DNA of 26,910 nt from a bacterium. GTDB taxonomy: Bacteria > Zhuqueibacterota > Zhuqueibacteria > Oceanimicrobiales > Oceanimicrobiaceae. A program made the translations under genes and the position numbers. Shown in pieces: positions 6,955 to 14,900 of the stretch (positions are counted from its first letter, which is position 1; each line of letters begins with the position of its first letter). Location of the stretch: NCBI GenBank assembly GCA_037446635.1, contig JBBIIG010000056.1:1-26910 (forward strand). Direction: 5' to 3'. The notes under the pieces were generated by a model. It had not been told where the DNA came from and ran no database searches. It saw only the letters and a list, made by a program, of their open reading frames with translations.

Positions 6955-8535
6955 TCAAAATCGAATTTCGTTATTTGCGACTGTACCACCGTATGGACTC
7001 GTGGGTGCAATGTTGCCTATTTCGATATGACCTACCTTTGCAGTTGGTCTTGACACGCGATGTCCCCAATAGCCGCCAAACACCAGCCAGTTGAAATCTG
7101 TATTATTGATGAGATGAGCCACGACATAAGATTTCGGTGGAATAATGATGATGTTTTGATAACTGTTAAAATCAATTCTAACAGTTTCATTTGGGATTGA
7201 ACCATGTTCAACAACATATTCTTCTACATCAACTTCAAAAATGGTTTCTTCCCTTATCCAGGTTCCCGGAAGAGGATATTGTGCATGAGAGCCCCAACCT
7301 TCAACTCCATATTCATCAATTCTTCCGCCAGCGAACGAAACTGGATGAGTGTTGTTTATCACAAAGTATTTGTGTCCGTATAGAAGATGATTCTCACCCT
7401 CTTCATAATAGATATTCGAATAAAGACTCTGAGCAAGATTCTCATCGTAGGCAACCGCGTTAGTTCGCACAGTACGTAAACCATGAAAAGGATAAGAAAC
7501 TGAAACTATTTGCGCTTGAGTAGGATTTTGTAAATTCACGTTGACTTGGAGGTTTGGCCAATCACCCTCATGTCGTCCAGCAGAAGCGTTAAAAGGATAA
7601 TGCATTCGATATTCGATGGTAACGGCGCTCCCGTTTCTAATAAAAGAAACATAAGTACATCCGTTTCGAATTAAGGAATTTTGAGGATTGGCATTATATT
7701 TCTGTTCCCATTTTGCGTACCAAACATCATTTCCTTCTGGTAAATTTATAGTTGCCCACTCAAAATGTGGATGCAGAATATAGGTACCTTGAGGCTGACC
7801 TGGGGGTCTGAAGTTATTAATTTTGTGATTATGATGTACTCGATCGGGATAAAAAGAAGAATAAGGCAGACCTGCTACTGTTAAATCCTCCATTTCCCAT
7901 TCTCCCACAGGATCACCGTTTAGATTTGTAACTTCTACATAGACATCGTGGTAAGTTAACTTTCCATCAGGTACACCGTTTGGTCCATCTATATCCATAA
8001 CATTAGCGGGTATAGGTCTTAAAGTTATTAATCCACCGCCAAATAGAAGACCTCTGTCTTCTTTCGGTGCAAATAACACTGGGCAAAACTTCTGCGCTAG
8101 TGGCATCTCCCACACGTCCACGATTTCATTGTCATTGTAGTCCAAACCGACATTCAACACCGGGTAAATTCTCGTGGCATAATTACTCCAAGTGTTCTGC
8201 GAAGAGAAAACCGTGTAGCGCGAATCGGTCATAGACACCTGCATGAACAGCATCCCCTCCGAGAGTTCGGCGGGTATGAGACATTCTAAATAAACCGCGC
8301 CGCCGCTGCCACTCACTCCGTTTTTGAAACAATCATAAGTCTCGGGGTCCGACTCATTCCCATACCAGGTATGTACCCACAGTTGAACCGCTACGCCAGC
8401 CAGTCCGTTGCCATTTTCGTTTTTTACCGTTATGTTAGCACTGTACAAATTATTCCCGCCGGGTAAATCCGCCAACAGTTGGCCGGCGCCGGCCAACAGG
8501 GCAATCACTAAAATTACTGCTAAGCTGCGCTTCAT
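6955..8535 (-). CDS. Secreted 526-aa protein: beta-rich N-terminal module, Ca-binding-like motif, Vps62/NPP1-like C-terminal domain
   Basis: AAGGAGG RBS before ATG 8535; signal MKRSLAVILVIALLAGAGQLLA; DYNDNEIVDVWE; ordered motifs LAQKFCPVL, YRMHYPFN, HEGDW, YPFHG, GSHAQYP, WLVFGGYWG, APTSP resemble Vps62-related domains. The CDS itself is clear; the family call is tentative. Confidence 0.7.
   Translation of the reverse strand: MKRSLAVILVIALLAGAGQLLADLPGGNNLYSANITVKNENGNGLAGVAVQLWVHTWYGNESDPETYDCFKNGVSGSGGAVYLECLIPAELSEGMLFMQVSMTDSRYTVFSSQNTWSNYATRIYPVLNVGLDYNDNEIVDVWEMPLAQKFCPVLFAPKEDRGLLFGGGLITLRPIPANVMDIDGPNGVPDGKLTYHDVYVEVTNLNGDPVGEWEMEDLTVAGLPYSSFYPDRVHHNHKINNFRPPGQPQGTYILHPHFEWATINLPEGNDVWYAKWEQKYNANPQNSLIRNGCTYVSFIRNGSAVTIEYRMHYPFNASAGRHEGDWPNLQVNVNLQNPTQAQIVSVSYPFHGLRTVRTNAVAYDENLAQSLYSNIYYEEGENHLLYGHKYFVINNTHPVSFAGGRIDEYGVEGWGSHAQYPLPGTWIREETIFEVDVEEYVVEHGSIPNETVRIDFNSYQNIIIIPPKSYVVAHLINNTDFNWLVFGGYWGHRVSRPTAKVGHIEIGNIAPTSPYGGTVANNEIRF
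8051..8479. repeat. Direct repeat, copy B (429 bp), inside the intact gene
   Basis: Aligns with 6061-6480. Confidence 0.95.
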
Positions 8536-8549
8536 CTTCAGCCTCCTTA

Positions 8550-8577
8550 AATTTAGGGATATTATCATGGTAGTCAA
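8550..8577 (-). promoter_or_regulatory. Possible promoter of the 6955-8535 gene
   Basis: TTGACT-N16-TAAATT, the same pattern as 26519-26546, but very close to the RBS. Confidence 0.35.
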
Positions 8578-8586
8578 GTTTATACA

Positions 8587-8641
8587 TCCCCCTGACCCCC
8601 CTTTCCGCTGAAGCGGATCCGCCTCGGCGGACAAAGGGGGA
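8587..8641. repeat. REP-like palindromic element with two nested 14-nt hairpins
   Basis: CCCCCTT/AAGGGGG outer stem enclosing TCCGC-TGAA-GCGGA and TCCGC-CTCG-GCGGA, 20 nt downstream of the 8660 stop. Confidence 0.7.
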
Positions 8642-8659
8642 AAAATTGTGAGTCACTTA

Positions 8660-9943
8660 TCACTTCAAAAGCAAAAGTTTGTGCTGGGCGGTGAACTCGC
8701 CCGCTGTCATTTTGTAAATGTAAATGCCGCTGGCGAGGGGCTGCCCGCTGTCGTCGCGGCCATCCCATATCACCGAGAACGAACCGGCGGAATAGGGCTG
8801 GTCCACCAGCGTCCGCACCAATTGGCCGAGGGTATTGTAAATCCGCAGCTCCACGTGGTCGGCTTGCGGCAGGTCAAATCGGATGCGCGTCTCCGGATTA
8901 AATGGATTAGGAAAATTGGGATAGAGCCGGAAGGTTTCGGGCAAGCCCTCCAGCGCCGCGCTTTGCTCAATAGCGGCGGCTTGTTTTTTAAGCGCCACGC
9001 CTCCCAATTCCTCCGCGAAAAATTCTTCGGCGTCATTCAAGTTGTCTTCAAAATCGCTGATTTGCGGGGCTTGCACCAGCGCCACCGGGAAACGAAGGGT
9101 TTCGCCGGGTTTGAGAGATAGCGGTCCGTAGCTAACCAAAAAGCGGTAGTCACCGGGCGTGTGCGGATCGGAGGCCGGCACGTTGCCTTGCAAGTAGTCG
9201 TACTTCTGGTCATCTTTCAGCGGATCGTTTTCCACCGTCCACCAGCAAACGATGGGATCCGTTACGCCTAAAATTTTCGCGCCGAGAAGCGGAATTTCAC
9301 TCCCTTGAATGGAGCCATCATAGATGAAAGGCGCGATCCCCTTTAAGGCCAATCCAACTTTATCATTGGCCGGCGATTTTTTGTCTTCGTTGTTGGGCGC
9401 GTCCACGTCCGCCCAAAAGCCAACGTAAACGTCGGTGAGCGCTCTGGCTTTTTCTTCCAACGAAATCGTCAAATCCAGCACCGCGAAGCCGGTGTTGCGA
9501 AAGCCATACACTTTTTGCTCCACCCGCACGCCCAGCGGTTCATGGCCTTCAAAAGCAACCGCATCCGAATAGGTGGTGGTGATGCGTTTTTCCACTTGCG
9601 GCGAAAGACTCTCGGTTTCAACTTGCAATTCCGGGATCACCGGCGTCCATTCCGGTTGATGGGTGAGTTCATTGCCGTTGCCGGCCGACACCAAAATTTT
9701 GCCCTGCGAATTGCGCGCCCCCAGCCACAGGGCAAACTCAGCATGATAATTCACGAAGCCTGTAAAAGTGGAATCTTTGTTGATATGCCGGGCGGTGCCG
9801 AAGCTGCCAAAGGTCTGGTCGGGCAGCTTTAAACCGCCGACTTTGGTTTTGGCTTCAATTGTTGCATCCTGAGAAAAGCTGCTGCGCAATAAGGCCAGGC
9901 TCACAACCCCGACGACGAGAACTATCCAAAATTTTCTTTTCAT
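8660..9943 (-). CDS. Secreted protein with C-terminal FlgD-Ig / T9SS type-A sorting domain
   Basis: GGAGG RBS; signal peptide; C-terminus LPETFRLYPNFPNPFNPETRIRF...IYNTLGQLVRTL...WDGRDDSGQPLASGIYIY...KLLLLK. Confidence 0.88.
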   Translation of the reverse strand: MKRKFWIVLVVGVVSLALLRSSFSQDATIEAKTKVGGLKLPDQTFGSFGTARHINKDSTFTGFVNYHAEFALWLGARNSQGKILVSAGNGNELTHQPEWTPVIPELQVETESLSPQVEKRITTTYSDAVAFEGHEPLGVRVEQKVYGFRNTGFAVLDLTISLEEKARALTDVYVGFWADVDAPNNEDKKSPANDKVGLALKGIAPFIYDGSIQGSEIPLLGAKILGVTDPIVCWWTVENDPLKDDQKYDYLQGNVPASDPHTPGDYRFLVSYGPLSLKPGETLRFPVALVQAPQISDFEDNLNDAEEFFAEELGGVALKKQAAAIEQSAALEGLPETFRLYPNFPNPFNPETRIRFDLPQADHVELRIYNTLGQLVRTLVDQPYSAGSFSVIWDGRDDSGQPLASGIYIYKMTAGEFTAQHKLLLLK

Positions 9944-9968
9944 CGCTTTCCTCCATTTTGGTTGGGGT

Positions 9969-10010
9969 TAAAATAAAAATCCCCGACTATGATTTTATAG
10001 CCGAGGATTC
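9969..10010 (-). terminator. Intrinsic terminator in the 5' leader of the 8660-9943 gene (attenuator-like)
   Basis: 13-bp stem AATCCTCGGCTAT/ATAGTCGGGGATT with two G-U pairs that form only on the minus strand, followed by TTTATTTT; ends about 25 nt before the ATG. Confidence 0.75.
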
Positions 10011-10031
10011 TGCTTAATAATTTGAAAATAG

Positions 10032-10115
10032 TTAACAGAAATGATACGGATCGCAACGTACCGCAAACTGGCTCAGTAAAGTATCCCCAATACATACGTA
10101 CCTGAATTTAAACAT
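10032..10115 (-). CDS. Putative 27-aa leader peptide MFKFRYVCIGDTLLSQFAVRCDPYHFC
   Basis: ATG...TAA uORF ending about 22 nt before the terminator hairpin; no clear RBS. Confidence 0.35.
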   Translation of the reverse strand: MFKFRYVCIGDTLLSQFAVRCDPYHFC

Positions 10116-10199
10116 TCGTATCGCTTGCAAATATATACGACAACAGCAAGCAGCAAAAATTCTCACTTTTTCAAAAAAATATTTTTCATGTGAAGTCCC

Positions 10200-10228
10200 T
10201 TGCATATTGAGCTATTTCTCGCTATTTT
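10200..10228 (+). promoter_or_regulatory. Putative sigma70-type promoter
   Basis: TTGCAT-N17-TATTTT upstream of AAGGAG and ATG 10265. Confidence 0.45.
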
Positions 10229-10264
10229 TACAGCGATTCACTTAAACTCAAAAGGAGAGAGAAC

Positions 10265-10657
10265 ATGGCCAGCTTGTGGGACGATATCGCCAAAACCATC
10301 CGCGAGGGCGTGGATACGGTGGTGAGTAAAACCGAAGAATACACCAAAATCGGCAAAATCAAAATCGACATCCTCAACATCAAACGCAATGTTGAAAAGA
10401 ATTTCACCGAATTAGGCGGACGGGTCTATCACTTGATGGTGGAGCAAAACAAGACTCAAATCTCCGGCGATAAAGAAGTCAAGAAAATCCTCGACAGCAT
10501 CAAACTACTCGAAAAGGAACTGCAGGAGAAAAAAGCCGAGCTCGAAAAAGTCGGAAAGAAAGCGCCTGCGGAAAAAGCCAGCGCCAGCGCTCCGAAGGCG
10601 GCGACGGCCAAATCCAAACCCGCGGCGGCGAAATCGCGGACCGCGAAAAACGCCTAA
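10265..10657 (+). CDS. Hypothetical coiled-coil protein with a Lys/Ala-rich tail
   Basis: AAGGAG RBS; helical N-terminus (...FTELGGRVY...) and a low-complexity KAPAEKASASAPKAATAKSKPAAAK tail. Confidence 0.85.
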   Translation: MASLWDDIAKTIREGVDTVVSKTEEYTKIGKIKIDILNIKRNVEKNFTELGGRVYHLMVEQNKTQISGDKEVKKILDSIKLLEKELQEKKAELEKVGKKAPAEKASASAPKAATAKSKPAAAKSRTAKNA

Positions 10658-10659
10658 CG

Positions 10660-10701
10660 GATTCGGAAATCGTAAATCGAAAAACGGAAATCGTAAATCG
10701 A
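10660..10701. repeat. Degenerate heptamer tandem repeat (AAATCGN)
   Basis: GATTCGG AAATCGT AAATCGA AAAACGG AAATCGT AAATCGA. Confidence 0.8.
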
Positions 10702-11850
10702 ATGAGATACCAGAGTTCCCCGCCTCGCGGGAGCCAGGGGTGGGTCGCCAACCGCCTAGTGGTCACCGCTTCATTTTTACTAGCTACGGGATACTGGCTA
10801 CTCACTACTTCGTTATTAGCGCAATCTTCAGCCACTCAAAACGATCCCATCATCTCCATCGCCGCCACCGGCGATGTGATGCTCGGAACCTGGGTCGCCC
10901 CCATCATCGCGCAGCGGGGCGCCCTCTATCCGTTCGAGGCTACGCTGCCGCATCTGCAAACCAGCGACGTTACCATCGTCAATTTGGAGGCGCCGTTTAC
11001 CGACGACGGCGAGATGTTCGAGAAAAAGTTCAATTTCAAAGTGCCGCCGGCGTACGCCCGCGGCTTGAAAGACGCCGGCATCGACGTGGTGACCCTCGCC
11101 AATAATCACATCATGGATTTCGGCGTCACCGGGCTCATCAACACGATGAAAACCCTCGACGAATTCGGCGTCAAATACAGCGGCGCGGGACTTAATCGCG
11201 AGGCCGCACATCAGCCAGTGGTGCTGGAAGTGGGCGGAAAAAAGCTGGCGTTCTTCGGCTATTCGATGACGTTTCCCACCGAATTTTACGCCAAAGCCGA
11301 CAGCCCCGGCACCGCCTATCCCGAACCCGATGTGATGGCGGCCAAGCTCGCGGAGTGGGACCAAAAAGTTGATTACATCGTGGCGTCCTTTCACTGGAGC
11401 GCGGAGAAATTGGAGATTCCCAAAGATTATCAAATTTTCATGGCGCATCTCGCCATCGACAGCGGCGCGGATCTGGTGCTGGGGCATCATCCCCACGTGC
11501 TGCAGGGTCTCGAGCTTTACAAAAACAGACTCATTGCTTACAGCCTCGGCAATTTTGCGTTCGGCTCATACAGCTCGTACGCCACCGACAGCATCATTTT
11601 GAAAATCAATTTGAACGCGGAAGGTTTGCTCTACGCCTACTGCCTGCCCATCAATGTGAACAATTCCGAGATTGAATTTCAGCCGCAAGTTTTGCAGGAT
11701 GCGCGCAAAGATTCGGTGATTTCGAAATTGCAGAAATTGAGCGCGGATTTAAACGGCGGCCGCAACATCATCGCAGATAGCGGCTTGATTTTTGGATCTT
11801 GGTCAATGCTGCACGACGAGGCGGTGAATTTAGCGGTGGGGTCAAACTAA
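10702..11850 (+). CDS. CapA/PgsA-family metallophosphoesterase (poly-gamma-glutamate synthesis protein family)
   Basis: ATGDVMLG, VNLEAP, TLANNHIMDFG, SFHW, GHHPHVLQG, YSLGNF motifs. Start uncertain (ATG 10702 or GTG 10759). Confidence 0.9.
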   Translation: MRYQSSPPRGSQGWVANRLVVTASFLLATGYWLLTTSLLAQSSATQNDPIISIAATGDVMLGTWVAPIIAQRGALYPFEATLPHLQTSDVTIVNLEAPFTDDGEMFEKKFNFKVPPAYARGLKDAGIDVVTLANNHIMDFGVTGLINTMKTLDEFGVKYSGAGLNREAAHQPVVLEVGGKKLAFFGYSMTFPTEFYAKADSPGTAYPEPDVMAAKLAEWDQKVDYIVASFHWSAEKLEIPKDYQIFMAHLAIDSGADLVLGHHPHVLQGLELYKNRLIAYSLGNFAFGSYSSYATDSIILKINLNAEGLLYAYCLPINVNNSEIEFQPQVLQDARKDSVISKLQKLSADLNGGRNIIADSGLIFGSWSMLHDEAVNLAVGSN

Positions 11851-11933
11851 AGGTATAAGGTATAGGTATGAGGAAATAAGGACTTATACCTTATACCTTA
11901 TACCTTATACCTTATACCTTATACCCTATACCT
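11851..11933. repeat. Heptamer repeat array with an inverted arm between convergent genes
   Basis: AGGTATA x2 plus a variant, then CTTATAC x6 plus CCTATAC (11883-11931). The arms are reverse complements and can form a hairpin. Confidence 0.92.
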
Positions 11934-11943
11934 CTCATCTAAG

Positions 11944-14900
11944 TCACTTCATCAAGATCATTTTTCGCGACAGCGACTGCTTGTCGCTCACAATGCGATA
12001 GATGTACACGCCCGAGGCCGCCGGCCGGCCGCGGTCATCGCGGCCATTCCACAGAACTGTGTGGTAGCCGGGGTTTTGACGATCGGCGTTCACCAGCGTT
12101 CTCACCTTGCGGCCCAGCACATCAAAAATTTCGAGCTTCACCGGGCTGGCGGCCGGCAAATTGTAGCGAATCGTGGTTTCTGGATTAAACGGATTGGGGA
12201 AGTTTTGCAGCAAATCAAATTCGGTGGGCACCAGCGGGACGTCGCCCGCGGCGGCGCTGGCAAATTCCGCGCTGCCAACGATCAGCTTGAGTGTTTTCTC
12301 GCTTCCCTGCGTGCCGGATTTGAACGAGTACGATGCATTCGCTCGTAAATTCTGCGCCATCTTCGAACCTTCATCAACCAGATAAACTTCGGCATCCGCA
12401 GGAAAATCGCCGAGGAAAGTGAAATCCAATTTCACCAGAGTTTCCGGTTGATTGGTTTGCACCTCAACCTCCCACACCTGCTCGCTCTTGCCGGCGGGAC
12501 GAATGTCGGTGCTGAAGCCGCGCGCTGGCTGGCGCCATTCTGGTTTCGGGAACTGCACCCGCAAAAATCGTCCAATTACCGGCGGTTCGGCTAATTCAAA
12601 CTTATCAAATGACTCTAACGCCTCATTGCGCAAGCCGGCCCAGTTTTCGAGATCGAGCGCTTGGCCGGCGCTGCCGGAAATTTGTATTAGCCACTCACCC
12701 GGCTGCAAAGTGAGACCGTCGGACGCTTTCGACAATCGGCCGCGCGCCGCCTTGGGCTGGATAATCAAATATATGGGCACAGAACTTTCCTGGCTGCTGG
12801 GCCTCGTCACAAACAGGGCATAGCCTTTCCACGGCTCCATCACATCCACGATATTCCAACCCCGCTCAAATGAACGCAGCGAGATCACCGAATTTGAGTT
12901 AAGGAGATACATCGATTCTTTGTGAACCGGAAAATTGAAGGGGGTGGCGATGAGGTTCCAACCTTCGTACACGCGCAAGGTGTCGTTGCAAACTGTACGG
13001 CGAGTGTTGCCGGGGCCGCTGTCCACAACGATATCGGGCTTGCGCGTAATCAGAAAGTAGGAACGTCCCGGGGCAAAGGGACGGACGCCCTCTCCCTCGA
13101 GAAAGCGTGTCGCTTCCGGATTGTCGGTTTTGTAATCAAACAATCGCCACTGGGTGTCGTCGTAAGCGCCGAGATCGTCGGCCAGCACGTTTTCAACGGC
13201 GCTGCTGTCGAGATCGTAGGGCACGGAGATGAGCTGATAGTTGGTGGAATCGGCGCCGGCGATGAGCGGCACGGGCCGGCCATCGGCGTCGATGCGAAAA
13301 TCGCCCTGACCTTCCACCCGGGCGCGCACCGGAAACCAGAATTCTTCTTCCTCGAAGTGATCGTCCAATTCGCCGCAGTAGGAAGTAGAAATGGGACCGA
13401 GTCCTGTATTGCCCACGATGGAATCCAAAGCTGTCACTCGGTACTCGATGCCGCGGCGAGTCACACCGGCCAGCGGGATTTCAACTACAAACGTGGTGTC
13501 TGTTAGTCGCTTAAGCAAACGCCGCGGCTCCTCCGCATCGGCGCCGCCGAAACGATAGTAAACCCACGATGAGTCCACGTTGAGGAGGCCAATACCTTTA
13601 TCCGTAATTTTCAAAGTGTCGCGAAAGACCTGGCCTATTTTTGCAATGTTGTCGGTGTCAATTCGCGTGCGTTTGATGACCGGCGGGCACACGTCGAAAC
13701 GGTAGGGAACGATGGTGTAATTTTCATGATTGACGTTGCCCGCGGAATCCGCCAGCCAGACATAGAGCGAATCATCGCCGCAGAGGTCGTCCGAATTAAA
13801 TGGAATGTTGAACGTTCGATTTAACTGGTCGCCGGCCGGAAAAGTAAGCTTGCCGTTGAAATCACTGGCGGCGGTGGGCGGCGTTTTGTATTTCCAAAAC
13901 ACCTCTGCGGCGTCGCGGCGGTTGCGGGTGGCATCGAGAGGGATTTCGATAGTCAAGTTAAACGGGTTGCCGAAACCAAACCAGCGCGTCGCCAAAATCG
14001 AACGAGATTTGATGACCGGCTTGAGCGGCGCAGTAACGTCGTAAACGAACGTGGCCGGCAGCGCGTTGCGCCAGGAACGATTGCCGTTGCCGTCTTCCAG
14101 CCAAAGATAACAGTACCAAAAACCGGAGGTGATCCTTCCAAACAAGGGCAGGCTGGCGCAAAAGCCGCCGGGGGTCAGCAGAATGCGGCCGCCGACGCTG
14201 ACGGCCGTTTGCAGGGTATCCGGCTCCGGCGCGGTTTCGGGGTCAAGCGGAGTTGTGGAAAAATACCACCAGATGGCGCGGATGCCGCTGTTGTCAACCG
14301 GATTCTCCCAACAAATGGGGAGAAAGGCGCCGCTGATGTAACCGTTGTAGCCGCTCCAGGTGGCGATGACAGAGGTCAACGGCGGCGGCGGGGCCTCGTC
14401 GCTGGCGTCGCCGTTGAGCACGATGGTGCGCAGCGGCTGCGTCAGATCGTTGCTGGCAATAGAAAGAATGCGGCCGTTAAACAACTGCGCGTTGGGCGGC
14501 GCAAAGGTCACCGCCACGGTCTCGGAGCTGTCGGGCGGAATCACAAACGCAGTTGCGGAAACCTGATACGCGACGTGGTCAGTGTAAATGTTCTGGATGT
14601 GAAGAGTGTCGTTCAGCGCCGGGTTGGCGTCGTCCTTTTCGTTGGTGATAACAACATCTTTGGTAAACTGCGCCCCCACTTCCAACTTGCCAAAATTGAG
14701 GGCGCTGGGGGGAGTGAGCGCAATTTGCGGACCGCGGGCGGAACCGGTGAGCTGCACCGTGTGCGTGCTTTGAAAACGATCGTTGCTGGTGATGGTGATG
14801 TTGCCAGTGAAAACGCCGCGGCTGGTGGGGCTGAAAAGGATCGTAAGCACGCGGCTGCTGTCGCCGGGGATCTCAAAAAAGCTCGGGCTGCTCACCACAG

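Noticed and set aside
6061..8479. Diversity-generating retroelement TR/VR pair
   Set aside because: Mismatches are mostly synonymous third-position changes involving all bases rather than adenine-specific, the repeat is N-terminal, and there is no reverse transcriptase in the window.
6024..8660. Transposon, prophage or integron cassette explaining the AT-rich block
   Set aside because: No transposase or integrase, terminal inverted repeats, target-site duplication or convincing attC site seen.
10030..10125. Known c-di-AMP or c-di-GMP-II riboswitch
   Set aside because: Short resemblances (GAAT...GGTACG...TTGGGG; GAGCCAGT) are present but the remaining conserved core elements are missing. Kept only as an unclassified leader; cmscan would be decisive.
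10702..11850. Poly-gamma-glutamate capsule locus
   Set aside because: No capB/capC nearby; stand-alone CapA-family genes are common.
11851..11933. CRISPR array
   Set aside because: 7-bp tandem units with no unique spacers and no cas genes.
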